A stretch of DNA of 64,000 bases from a virus. The notes below the pieces were generated by a model, which was given only the letters and a program-made list of their open reading frames with translations, had not been told where the DNA came from and did no database searches. The translations under genes and the position numbers were made by a program. Location: the IMG/VR virus record IMGVR_UViG_3300032294_002877, positions 1-64,000 of that record; one strand, written 5' to 3'. Below, piece by piece: positions 49,164 through 59,315 of this stretch; the stretch's first letter is position 1; the number at the start of each line of letters is the position of its first letter.

Positions 49164-50404
49164 ATCGCAGACATTTCCTTAGCCATCTCGCTGGTGCTGC
49201 CGCATTATCATCTCCAGCAATCGACTTTACTAATACTATTCTAGCAAATGCTAACGATCTTAAAAAGGAACATAAGAGTGCTATTCTTTTGTGGATGGGT
49301 GGTGGCCCAAGCACAATGGATATATGGGATTTAAAGCCCGGTACTCCTACTGGTGGCCCTTTTAAACCTATTAGCACAAGTGCTGACGGTATTCAAATCT
49401 GCGAACATATGCCACTCATGGCAAAACAAATGCATCATATGAATATTGTGCGTAGTATGAGTACCAGAGAAGCAGATCATATGAGAGGTCGCTATTATAT
49501 GCACACAGGATATGTTCCAACACCAACAATTGAACATCCTAGTTATGGTGCTGTCGTTGCTCATGAATTAATTAGCGATGTTCCACAACTAGAAATTCCA
49601 CCATTTATTAGTGTTGGTGGAGGTAGTGTTGGGCCAGGATTTTTAGGTATGACTTATGCTCCTTTCGTTGTTAATTCAAATGGAAATGTTCGTGATTTAA
49701 GTATGGGTGTAGACGATGCTATTCTAAATCAAAGACTACAAATGCTTAGAACAATTGAGGATAGATTCATATCTGAAAAACGAGGATCAACATCAATAGA
49801 CCATGATAAAGTCTTAAACAAGACACTAAAACTTATGACCAGCAAACAAATGGACGCTTTAAAGGTAGCCAAAGAACCAGAAGAAGTTCGTGAGCGTTAT
49901 GGTAATACTGGTTTTGGGCGAGGTTGTCTAATGGCCCGCAGATTAGTAGAGACAGGTGTTCCATTTATCGAGGTTGATTTAGGTGGCTGGGATAATCATG
50001 CTAATATTTTTCCAACATTACAGGACACTAAACTTCCAGAATTAGACAAGGCTATGAGTGCTTTGATTAGTGATCTACATGATCGTGGATTGCTAGAAAC
50101 TACTGCTATTATATGGATGGGTGAATTTAGTCGCACACCAAATATTAATGGCAATACTGGTCGTGATCATTGGGCTAGAAGTTGGAGTGTAGTCGTTGGT
50201 GGTGCTGGTTTTAATAAGGGTATTGTTGTTGGCGAAACAAGCAGCGACGGTAAAGAAGTAATCACCGAACCATATAGTTCACAAGACTTAATGGCTAGTG
50301 TTTTAAAATCCTTAGATATTTCACTGGAAACAACATTTACCTCAAAAAATGGTCGTCCAATGAAGATAGCAAATTCCGGCAAAGTTATCAAAGAATTATT
50401 CTGA
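49160..50404 (+). CDS. DUF1501 family protein with Tat signal
   Basis: MNRRHFL; LWMGGGPSTMDIWDLKP, GCLMARRLVETGVPF, GGWDNH, GEFSRTP and GRDHW motifs. Confidence 0.92.
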   Translation: MNRRHFLSHLAGAAALSSPAIDFTNTILANANDLKKEHKSAILLWMGGGPSTMDIWDLKPGTPTGGPFKPISTSADGIQICEHMPLMAKQMHHMNIVRSMSTREADHMRGRYYMHTGYVPTPTIEHPSYGAVVAHELISDVPQLEIPPFISVGGGSVGPGFLGMTYAPFVVNSNGNVRDLSMGVDDAILNQRLQMLRTIEDRFISEKRGSTSIDHDKVLNKTLKLMTSKQMDALKVAKEPEEVRERYGNTGFGRGCLMARRLVETGVPFIEVDLGGWDNHANIFPTLQDTKLPELDKAMSALISDLHDRGLLETTAIIWMGEFSRTPNINGNTGRDHWARSWSVVVGGAGFNKGIVVGETSSDGKEVITEPYSSQDLMASVLKSLDISLETTFTSKNGRPMKIANSGKVIKELF

Positions 50405-50748
50405 TGAGAAAAATTTGTTCGTACTGTGGTAAAAGAAAGAATAACAAGTCTTTCCCTAAACATAGTATGTATAAAGATAATCTTGATAGCAGATGTAGGG
50501 ATTGTGTTAGACAACAATCAAGAGTAAGATTCTCTTTACATAAAAAAGCACCAGATAAACCAGAATTATGTGAATGTTGTAAAAAGAAACCATTAAAATG
50601 GTGTCTTGATCATGATCATTCTAATAATAGTTTTAGAGGATGGATTTGTGAAAGATGTAATACTGGATTAGGTAAACTGGGAGATAATTTAGAAGGTATA
50701 GTTAATGCTATGAACTACTTATTATCGAGAAAAAATGATCCTAATTAA
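50404..50748 (+). CDS. Endonuclease VII-like His-Me nuclease
   Basis: CECC...LDHDH...RGWICERCNTGLGKLGD. Confidence 0.85.
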   Translation: MRKICSYCGKRKNNKSFPKHSMYKDNLDSRCRDCVRQQSRVRFSLHKKAPDKPELCECCKKKPLKWCLDHDHSNNSFRGWICERCNTGLGKLGDNLEGIVNAMNYLLSRKNDPN

Positions 50749-50941
50749 AAAATGGTATAAACATTTAAAAGATAATAATATGACGTATTTAGAGCATATG
50801 GTTTTTGCCCTGTCTCATGGTTTATTGTGTCTACTTGGTGGTTTCTATCTTATAGTACATGGAATTTTACCTTGTTTTTTCCAATCTGCTGGCAGCGATC
50901 TGGTTAATAGACTGAGCGAAAAATTCAAGAACCGTCAGTAG
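50735..50941 (+). CDS. Small hypothetical protein (TYLEH motif)
   Basis: HLKDNNMTYLEHMVFAL...VHGILP motif. Confidence 0.6.
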   Translation: MILIKKWYKHLKDNNMTYLEHMVFALSHGLLCLLGGFYLIVHGILPCFFQSAGSDLVNRLSEKFKNRQ

Positions 50942-51007
50942 AATTACCGATACTTGACAAGGACACTGGCGTATGATAGAATACGCTAAACACAGGAGAC
51001 TATTTGG

Positions 51008-52321
51008 ATGACTCACGATTTTGATTATGTTGAGGGCATGGTTCGTGATCTTCGTGCTACCAGTAGCACTAAAGATAAAGAAGGAATTATTCTAGACTAT
51101 TGTGGACACAACAGTCCCGCAGCATCTTTTACTAAGAAAGTTCTTCTCTATACTTATCATCCGTTGTGGCAATATAATGTCACCAGCGACAATCTCAAGA
51201 AGAAGAATCATCTTGTAGCAAGAAAGAACGAGTACAAGAATTTCTTTGATTTACTTGATGCTCTAAAGAGTCGTAAAATTACGGGGCACGACGCTATTGC
51301 TGCTGTGAATAGTTTTATTGAACATTATTCTATTTACGAAGAACTCATTCATTGTATTATTGACAAGGATTTGAAAACCCGTGCTGGTGATAAAATCATT
51401 AATAAGGCTATTCCAGATCATATTCCAGAGTTTAGTGTTGCACTTGCGGATAAGTATGAGCCTAAACTCGTAGATTGGAAGGATGGGTGGTATGTTAGTA
51501 GAAAAATTGACGGGGCAAGATGTATTGCAGTGGTTGATAACTCAGGAGATGCAACTTTCTTTTCTAGGACTGGCAAAATGTTTGATACTCTTGGTGTTGT
51601 GGCTGGCGGCATCAAGTCTCTTGGAATATCTAATGTCGTGCTTGATGGAGAGTTGTGTTTGGTTGACGAAGATGGTAATGAAGATTTTCAGGGGATTATG
51701 AAACAATTGAAAAAGAAGGATCATACAATTCCTAATCCTTCATTTAAGATTTTTGATATGATTAGTCATGATGAGTTTTATAGCAAGAAAGGAGAGCATA
51801 ATCGACCATATTCTATTAGACTTGCAAATCTTAAAGAGTCTATGAAAAATAATGAATGTCCTTGTCTTACTGTGTTAGAGCAAGATAAGATTAGAGATGA
51901 CAATCATTTTGCCGAATGGACTAAACGAGGTAATGATTATGGTTGGGAGGGTGTTATGCTAAGAGCAGACGAACCGTATAAAGGCAAGCGTAGTAAAGAC
52001 CTACTCAAAGTTAAAAAGTTTTTTGACGATGAATATGAGGTTATTGATACCGAAATGGGGCCGTTTCGATATGTTAAGAATGGTGCTGAATCTGAGGAAA
52101 CAATGCTTAGTTGTGTAACCATCAAGCATAAAAACCATCTTGTGCGAGTCGGTAGCGGTTTCACTATTGAACAACGTCAAGAGTTTTATCAAAACCCCAA
52201 AAAGATTCTTGGTAAAGTAATTTTAGTGCAGTATTTTGAGGAAACTAAGAACCAAGACGGAGGTATCTCTTTAAGATTTCCTACATTTAAATATCTTTAT
52301 GGAGAACATAGGGATACTTAA
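51008..52321 (+). CDS. ATP-dependent DNA ligase
   Basis: KIDGAR (motif I), LDGEL, EGVMLR, LLKVK, VGSGF and LRFP. Confidence 0.95.
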   Translation: MTHDFDYVEGMVRDLRATSSTKDKEGIILDYCGHNSPAASFTKKVLLYTYHPLWQYNVTSDNLKKKNHLVARKNEYKNFFDLLDALKSRKITGHDAIAAVNSFIEHYSIYEELIHCIIDKDLKTRAGDKIINKAIPDHIPEFSVALADKYEPKLVDWKDGWYVSRKIDGARCIAVVDNSGDATFFSRTGKMFDTLGVVAGGIKSLGISNVVLDGELCLVDEDGNEDFQGIMKQLKKKDHTIPNPSFKIFDMISHDEFYSKKGEHNRPYSIRLANLKESMKNNECPCLTVLEQDKIRDDNHFAEWTKRGNDYGWEGVMLRADEPYKGKRSKDLLKVKKFFDDEYEVIDTEMGPFRYVKNGAESEETMLSCVTIKHKNHLVRVGSGFTIEQRQEFYQNPKKILGKVILVQYFEETKNQDGGISLRFPTFKYLYGEHRDT

Positions 52322-52374
52322 TTCTTCAAAGTATTGGTTACATTTGGTGTATCTTTAATATAAGGAGATACCGA

Positions 52375-52980
52375 ATGAAACAATATAAAATATGCGGAAA
52401 ATGCAATAAAAAACATAAAGAATGGACAAAAGGAACTCAATGTAATAATTGTAGATCCTTAATGAAACAAAAGTCTTATCAAAATAATAAACAAAAATAT
52501 CTAGACAGAGTTAAAAATTATTATCAAGAAAACAAAAAAGAAAAATTAAAATACGCTAAACAATATAGAATCAAAAATAAAGATAAATATAACGAATATT
52601 TTTCTATTAATGCTGAAAAAATCTATAAGCAAAGAGCAAAAAGAGAAAAACAAAAAAGAAATACAGATATAGGTTTTAGAATAGAGTCAAATCTACGCAA
52701 AAGATTATATAGAGCAATAACTACAAATAAAAAATATCAATCAACATTAGAATACTTGGGTTGTTCGATAGAAGAATTAAAAATACACTTAGAAAAACAA
52801 TTTAAAAAAGGAATGACTTGGAATAACTATGGAAAATGGCATATAGATCACATTAAACCTTGTGCTAGTTTTGATCTAAGTTTAGAAACTGAACAAAAAA
52901 TATGTTTTCATTATAGCAATCTACAACCTTTATGGGCTATAGAGAATATTAAAAAAAGTAATAAGATCCCTAATTTGTAA
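52375..52980 (+). CDS. Free-standing HNH homing endonuclease-like protein
   Basis: WHIDHIKPC...FHYSNLQPLWAIENIKK; AT-rich insertion after the ligase. Confidence 0.85.
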   Translation: MKQYKICGKCNKKHKEWTKGTQCNNCRSLMKQKSYQNNKQKYLDRVKNYYQENKKEKLKYAKQYRIKNKDKYNEYFSINAEKIYKQRAKREKQKRNTDIGFRIESNLRKRLYRAITTNKKYQSTLEYLGCSIEELKIHLEKQFKKGMTWNNYGKWHIDHIKPCASFDLSLETEQKICFHYSNLQPLWAIENIKKSNKIPNL

Positions 52981-53376
52981 AGTCTTATATGTGCAGATAA
53001 GGAGAATATTATAATGATAAGAAAAGGAAAAGGAAAGAAAACCTTTAATAGAGAAAAAAGACTATTCTCAAATACTAAAAAGGGCAGAACTCCAACAGAG
53101 ACTCTGCACTTTAAGGTTATTAGTATGCGTACCAGAGATTTAAAAAACATAGTTCAAAATCCAGATACGACGGATTTACTCACCTTATCTTTTGCTAAAG
53201 AAGAATTAGATAGACGTAATTTTAATCAAAAAAATAAGATTGACACACAATCTAAAAGACACAAACTGAACAAAAAATTTCCAGAACATAAACATTTATT
53301 GCGTCGATCCGGCAAACGATGATTCAAGAAACAGGTCTTGACAAGCCGATACCAGTAGTGTAGAATTGTAGCACAC

Positions 53377-54096
53377 TTGGAGGAAAAAATGATTATTGAG
53401 AATACCGTGTCTGTTGAGCCTAAGAATACCACAATGAATAAGAGTAAGGCGGATCAGTTTTTTGAAACCTTTCCGCGTGATAAAGTTATTACATATAAGG
53501 AGTATTGGGAAAGTGTACGACCACAGAATACCGACGATATTTTCAGGCGTTATTTGTTTGCTTACTGCTCTGTACACACTACTTTTCAAGGTAATGTTAA
53601 GGGTTATCAAGCAATCAAGGATTTTAGTCAGTGGATTGATAACAAAGAAACCCTGAGAGAAAAACTACATAAGAGCGGCGTTGGCTTGCATAATAATCGC
53701 ACAAATTATATTTGGGATTTCAAGGATAAGTTTTGGGCTAATCCTAAAGATTTTTATCTTACCACCAAAAAGTATCATATCAAGAAACGTGATTCTATTG
53801 TAAATAAAATTAGCGGTATTGGTTTAGCAAAAGTTAGTTTCGCACTTGAGATGATTCATCCTAATGAGGCACGGGTATTGTGTGGTGATGTTCATCAACT
53901 TCGACTTTACGATATGGAACATCTGAAGTATAATAAATCACGCTCTGGTACAGATACTTATAAAAAGATGGAGCGTCATTGGGTGGTCAATTGTGCTAAA
54001 AATGGAGTACCATGTTATATTGCACGATGTATTTACTGGGACGCTTTGCAAGAAAAAGAAGATAGCCGATATTGGAGTTTTGTTCTAGAGAATTGA
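53377..54096 (+). CDS. HhH-family DNA glycosylase-like protein (OGG-like)
   Basis: ISGIGLAKVSFAL helix-hairpin-helix followed by DVHQLR. Confidence 0.6.
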   Translation: MEEKMIIENTVSVEPKNTTMNKSKADQFFETFPRDKVITYKEYWESVRPQNTDDIFRRYLFAYCSVHTTFQGNVKGYQAIKDFSQWIDNKETLREKLHKSGVGLHNNRTNYIWDFKDKFWANPKDFYLTTKKYHIKKRDSIVNKISGIGLAKVSFALEMIHPNEARVLCGDVHQLRLYDMEHLKYNKSRSGTDTYKKMERHWVVNCAKNGVPCYIARCIYWDALQEKEDSRYWSFVLEN

Positions 54097-54145
54097 CCAT
54101 ATTCGGTGTATATTAATTGGTTACAATAAAATAAAGGAAGTAATC

Positions 54146-55387
54146 ATGAAACATTCACGCCGAAAATTTACTCTAGGACTAACATCATTAGGTCTTACCG
54201 CTTTTTCTTCTAATATTGCTTTTAGTGTTGAAGAAAATATTCCCAAATGCGATCACAATAACAATAGCGTTATTTACTTGTTTTTAAGTGGTGGCCCAAC
54301 ACATATAGAAACTTTTAATCCAATCCCAAACGCTACATCAGATAGAAAATCTGTTATTGGCGACAGAGCAACAAAAACTCCGGGGTTTGGTATAGGTGGA
54401 TTATGGGAAAAAATATCAACAGTTTCGGATAAATTTTGTGTTGTGAATAGTTTTCATCATAGTGATCCTAACCATGAGAGTGCTGTTCATTGGATGATGA
54501 CCGGAGAAAGAAACGTACCAAATGCTGCACAGAAGTGGCCCAGTTTTGGTAGTGTAGTAGTTGGGCAGTATGGTACGAATATTGATTCTGGTTTGCCGAC
54601 ATACGTTAAACTAAATCCAATACAGCATGACGGTGCATCATGGATGGGTAGTAAATACATGGGTTATGGTGCTTCTGGAGAAGGCGTCAAAGATTTGATG
54701 CTGAAACAAAAAGATCGTTTTGAAAACAGAGCAAATATTCTAAAAACTCTGGATCATTCTCCGGTATTTAAAAGCAACGACACTGCTAGTAAAAACTGGA
54801 TAGAATTACGAAATCAAGCCATTAATGTTCTCTTGGGAACCGCCAACGAGGCTTTTCTAGTAGACAAAGATCCAGAATACGATACTTATAAAAAGGATCA
54901 ATTAGGTAAAGACTTACTAACAGCAATACGATTAGTCGAGCGTGGAGTAAAGTTTGTTACCATAAATTATGGTGGTTGGGATATGCATCAAAATATTAAT
55001 CAGGGCTTGAACAAACTAATTCCTCCATTAGATAATTATCTATATCATTATTTTAATTCAGCACAAAGAAGGGAGATAAATAAGAGGAATATGCTAGTGA
55101 TGACCGGGGATTTTGGACGAACCCCAAAGGTTAATAAAGATGCTGGCAGGGATCATTGGCCTCATCTGGTTCCCTTATTCATCGCCAGCGACAGTTATGA
55201 AATGGGAAGGGTGATCGGTAAGTCTGATTTAAACGCGGAGCGTCCAGACGTTGATCCATATGAACCAGAAGATTTAAAGTGGACTATCTTGAATCATATG
55301 GGAGTCAATAAAAACGCTAACTGGACTAGTATTGAGCAAAGACCTATGATATTTGTGAAAGACACTGCAAAAAATATCCTAGTCTAA
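54146..55387 (+). CDS. DUF1501 family protein with Tat signal (second copy)
   Basis: SRRKF; LFLSGGPTHIETF, AIRLVERGVKFV, GGWDMH, GDFGRTPKVN and GRDHWP motifs. Confidence 0.92.
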   Translation: MKHSRRKFTLGLTSLGLTAFSSNIAFSVEENIPKCDHNNNSVIYLFLSGGPTHIETFNPIPNATSDRKSVIGDRATKTPGFGIGGLWEKISTVSDKFCVVNSFHHSDPNHESAVHWMMTGERNVPNAAQKWPSFGSVVVGQYGTNIDSGLPTYVKLNPIQHDGASWMGSKYMGYGASGEGVKDLMLKQKDRFENRANILKTLDHSPVFKSNDTASKNWIELRNQAINVLLGTANEAFLVDKDPEYDTYKKDQLGKDLLTAIRLVERGVKFVTINYGGWDMHQNINQGLNKLIPPLDNYLYHYFNSAQRREINKRNMLVMTGDFGRTPKVNKDAGRDHWPHLVPLFIASDSYEMGRVIGKSDLNAERPDVDPYEPEDLKWTILNHMGVNKNANWTSIEQRPMIFVKDTAKNILV

Positions 55388-56020
55388 AAAATAATATGAG
55401 TCAAAACGGAAAAGGTAGTAGACCAAGACCCAAAAGTGTTAGTGAAAAAACTTGGTCTAAAAATTGGGGAAAAATTTTTGGCAAAAAATTAAGTAAGTCA
55501 AACAAACATTAGTGTATAATTAACTGTCAAATTTTGTCCTTTTAGAAAAGGATACACAATGAAAAAATCGCTAAATAGTTATGTTGGTGATGAGTTAGCA
55601 AATAAAGTAAAGGTTTTGAGTAAAGCCTTAAATCAAGCAGAACTTATCATACTCAAACTAGAGGAACAAAATAAATTCCTCACAGATACTCTTAATAGTC
55701 TAGTATCTCACGAAAATCAAGACTGTGACCACAAAGCAGAAAGAATTTGTGCCTAGTCAAGATTCTAAAAAGTCCAATAAAATAACTATAACTCAGATTA
55801 AAGACAATCAATTTTTAATTGAGGGTTATTGCAATAAGATAAAAATATGTGGAGAAAATGAGTATTCTGTTTCCTCTATAGAATACGAATACGGCCCTCA
55901 TATACATATTGGTCATGATTTTATGGGTAGAGGTACAGTCACAGGAATACATATAATCGAAACCGATACTCCTGAATATATAATGGTTAAAATAATTGTA
56001 TCCTTAGATAAGGAATAAAG

Positions 56021-56212
56021 ATGAGTAAAAAACTAACAAAATCTGACAATAAAATTTTATTCGGTGTTTGCGGAGGTTTGTCAGAATATCTTGATATTGA
56101 CGTATCCCTAATAAGAATCTTATTTGCTTTAGGAGTTATCTTTTCTGGAAGTATTTTATTCTGGATATATTTAGTTCTTGCTATTATTTTACCAAAAAAT
56201 ATTGACCAATAA
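56021..56212 (+). CDS. PspC domain protein
   Basis: KLTKS..KILFGVCGGLSEYLDIDVSLIRILF...YLVLAIILP. Confidence 0.88.
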   Translation: MSKKLTKSDNKILFGVCGGLSEYLDIDVSLIRILFALGVIFSGSILFWIYLVLAIILPKNIDQ

Positions 56213-56339
56213 GAAAAAAAATTCAAGCGTCACCCATTGACAGGACGATACTAGGTTGTAGAATAGGAGAGTCTGACAGGAAATCGGTCATGTGACCGAC
56301 TTGTGAGACAAAAACTTGGTAAAGATTTGGAGGTCGATT

Positions 56340-56621
56340 ATGGCAGAGGTTAACACGGTTGAGAAGCAGACTCGCGTTCGTTGCAGTGACGAGCAGTTCC
56401 TTGAGGCGGTTTTTTCCAGCAAGACTTATGCTGAAATTGCCAGCAAGACTGGTCAGAAGGTTGCTAGTACGATGGCTCGTTATGCTCGTACAAAGGCCGC
56501 TCTGGCTAAGAAGGGCATTGAACTGCCTGCGATGGAACGTGCGAAGCCAACTAAGACGGTTGATAACGTCGAGGCTATGGCAGAGGTTGTTCGTCGCATC
56601 AAGGCCCATACGAATGGTTGA
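56340..56621 (+). CDS. Hypothetical protein (possible HTH)
   Basis: GGAGG RBS; promoter at 56238. Confidence 0.65.
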   Translation: MAEVNTVEKQTRVRCSDEQFLEAVFSSKTYAEIASKTGQKVASTMARYARTKAALAKKGIELPAMERAKPTKTVDNVEAMAEVVRRIKAHTNG

Positions 56622-56708
56622 TGTTTCATAATGGTCGCTGACTATTATAATGGAAAAGAGACAGCATTAATGATAAAATCTTATCCTAATAGTAGTCAGC
56701 GACTTTAT

Positions 56709-57000
56709 GGTCTTTTGGCGGAATAGGCAGACGCAACGGACTTTAGTTAATAAAATTGGAGTGCTTAAAGGGAAACTTTTAAAGTAGAACCTGTCAAAGT
56801 CGGTGAAACCTGTAAAATGGCAATACCGAACCAAACCTAATTATTAGGAAGGCGTAGAGACTTGACGGCAGGAGCCTGTGATATAAAATATTATGGCTAA
56901 GGTAAAGTCCAGACCACAAACCGAAAGGGTAACGAAAGTTATAGTGGTAAGAAAATCCGTTGGGAGTAATCCCGTGTGGGTTCAAGTCCCACAAAGACCA
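56709..57000 (+). tRNA. tRNA-Leu(TAA) interrupted by a group I intron
   Basis: GGTCTTT/AAAGACC-A. The spliced anticodon arm is ACGGA-CTT|AAAA-TCCGT, followed by a long variable arm and GGTTCAAGTCC. Confidence 0.92.
56744..56951 (+). mobile_element. Group I self-splicing intron (about 208 nt, no internal ORF)
   Basis: Inserted after U34 of the anticodon and ends in G. Conserved-core-like segments include GTAGAGACTTGACGG and TAAAGTCCAGACC. Confidence 0.85.
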
Positions 57001-57073
57001 CTGTAGTTAAATAAGTAGAGAAATAAATTCTTATGGTGTATTCTAATTAGACTACATCATAGGAATTTAAATC

Positions 57074-57538
57074 ATGAAAAAATGTCGTAAATGTCAAAAA
57101 GAATTTCCAAATAGAGTTAAAATTAACGGGGCAATTAAGGTTATCAATAGGAGAAAATATTGTTTAGAATGTTCTCCTTTTGGAGAAAGGAATACCAGAA
57201 AACTTCACTTGCCTCAGAGAGATAAAAATACTACCAAAAATTGTCCTCAATGCGGTAAAGATTTTAAGTGGAATAAGAACAATATTTGTTGGACTTGCAG
57301 ATCATTTAATAGAAGACAACTAAATAGAGGAAAAGGTATCAAATATCTAGGATCAAAATGTAAGAAATGCAAAACTAAGGATACTGAGGTTTTAACATTT
57401 CATCATTTAGATAGAAATAATAAATACGATAATCTATCCAGCCTTTGGCATCGTGAGTGGGATATAATTAAATCAGAATTAGATAAGTGCGAATTGCTTT
57501 GTGCTAATTGTCATATGAAACTTCATAAAAGGAAATAA
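57074..57538 (+). CDS. Free-standing HNH endonuclease
   Basis: CxxC clusters; LTFHHLD...ELDKCELLCANCH. Confidence 0.85.
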   Translation: MKKCRKCQKEFPNRVKINGAIKVINRRKYCLECSPFGERNTRKLHLPQRDKNTTKNCPQCGKDFKWNKNNICWTCRSFNRRQLNRGKGIKYLGSKCKKCKTKDTEVLTFHHLDRNNKYDNLSSLWHREWDIIKSELDKCELLCANCHMKLHKRK

Positions 57539-58131
57539 AATGAGCAAAAATTCTCTTGAACTTTATAAGATCGGCAGTAAGGTTAAACTCACGGATGATC
57601 TGTATGGTAATATCAGTGCAATTTGTTTGAGGGGTAATAACTATGTGACCTATGAATGTTCTTGGTGGAACGGTTCTTCTCATGATTCTAAATGGTTTTA
57701 TGAATCAGAAATAGAGGTTAGTTCTGATGCCGAGAAACATCGTATAGGATTTGCTTGATAATGAGAGCGATGTTAAAAATTGGTCCGGTGAAACAAAATG
57801 ATGTTTATGTTCCACAAAGAGGCGAAGTGGTTCAATACGATAGACTTGGAGATGGGTCTTGGTTAACACTTCATGTTGGAGATGGTAAAAATACAGTACC
57901 AAATTTACCCACAGTAGTTGACTATGATCTACATGACAGAGTTCTAAAACTAGAAACAGAAATAGCAAAACTTAAACAGATTAAAAATGAGTTGTAAAAA
58001 TCAGTGCGTTAAATATAAAGTTGTGGCTTGGGCCAGAATAAATGACAAAGGGGATTTATATGATCTTCGCACCCAACTCAATCCTTATGTTGATCCTAAG
58101 ACAGTAGTTCCTTTGTACAGAATAATTAAGG

Positions 58132-58470
58132 ATGAATCTGATGGCGTCAACACCAAATAGATTTTATAGAGGATGGTGTTCTAATGAAGGCAATTCACGT
58201 TCTAACATTCTTCATTATCACATATGCACTATTAGGGACTTACCTGACTATGAAGGGTCTATTATACCAGAAGAAGTGAAATCTATTGAAGAGTATTTTA
58301 ATCTGGATGAACAAAGTCTAGGGGAACCTTATTATGCTGTTTATGCTACATTTAAGTTTGATTTTCCTAGAGGTCCGATAAAAATATTTACAACAGAAGA
58401 ACTGCGGGAAGCAATATTTCTTGTGGAAAGTTTAACAGGGAATAAGGTCGTAGAAAAAGATGATCTATAA
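58132..58470 (+). CDS. Hypothetical protein
   Basis: 112-aa ORF overlapping the next gene. Confidence 0.6.
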   Translation: MNLMASTPNRFYRGWCSNEGNSRSNILHYHICTIRDLPDYEGSIIPEEVKSIEEYFNLDEQSLGEPYYAVYATFKFDFPRGPIKIFTTEELREAIFLVESLTGNKVVEKDDL

Positions 58471-58975
58471 AATAGACTATAGCGACTGGTTTGATGAGGG
58501 TGGATATTGTCAATTCTATCCCATAAAAGATCACCCCTCTTTGGGATTCAAGGAATTCTACTCTAAGAAAAAAGCACTCAAGGCATATTCTGCACAAAAG
58601 AAACTGAGCAAATTTGATCTTGCCCCTAAAGTTTTCACAGACGTTTGTAAATTAGAGATGATAGACGATCAAGACAGAGATTTTACTACTATTAGTGATT
58701 GGGGATATGTAACAGAACTCGCCAAAACTCAAAATAAGTTTGCATTAAAAGATATTCAGAAATTAGTTGGGCAAATTTATGAAAAAACTAAGTTGAAATT
58801 TTGGGATTGTCATTATCATAATATGGGATGGATCAGACGCGGGAAAAATAAAAAACTTGTCTGTATTGATACTGGACTAGAGAGTTTTGATGGTCTAGCA
58901 AATGCTTGGGGTAATGCTGATCCTGGCCCGAAATGCGGCTACTGTAAAAAATATAACTGTAAATGTGAGGAATAA
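58460..58975 (+). CDS. Minimal protein-kinase-like fold protein
   Basis: Gly-rich EGGYC, GFKEF, catalytic DCHYHNMG and CIDTG motifs. Confidence 0.6.
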   Translation: MIYKIDYSDWFDEGGYCQFYPIKDHPSLGFKEFYSKKKALKAYSAQKKLSKFDLAPKVFTDVCKLEMIDDQDRDFTTISDWGYVTELAKTQNKFALKDIQKLVGQIYEKTKLKFWDCHYHNMGWIRRGKNKKLVCIDTGLESFDGLANAWGNADPGPKCGYCKKYNCKCEE

Positions 58976-58979
58976 AATC

Positions 58980-59312
58980 ATGCCTTATGTGGATGAAAAA
59001 TCAAGAAAACAATTAGACCAAAATATCTCGTCAATGGTAGTTGCTCTAAAAACCACTGTTATAGATACTGAAAATCTTTCCGAAGTTGACCAGTTATCAA
59101 ATGAACAACTATTAGCAATTGCTGGCAACATTAATTATGTAGTAAGCAGAATGTGTGGATCGCTGATGGGGAAAATAACATATCCCAAAATAGCCATTAT
59201 AACTGGTGTATTAGAAAATATCAAGCAAGAATTTTATAGAAGGGCTGCTGCTCCTTACGAAGATAAAAAAATAATTCAAAATGGAGATATTAAAGAATAT
59301 AAAGGAATGTGA
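58980..59312 (+). CDS. Hypothetical phage protein
   Basis: MPYV..., GNINYVVS and EFYRRAAAPYEDKKIIQNGDI motifs. Confidence 0.7.
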   Translation: MPYVDEKSRKQLDQNISSMVVALKTTVIDTENLSEVDQLSNEQLLAIAGNINYVVSRMCGSLMGKITYPKIAIITGVLENIKQEFYRRAAAPYEDKKIIQNGDIKEYKGM

Positions 59313-59315
59313 TAT

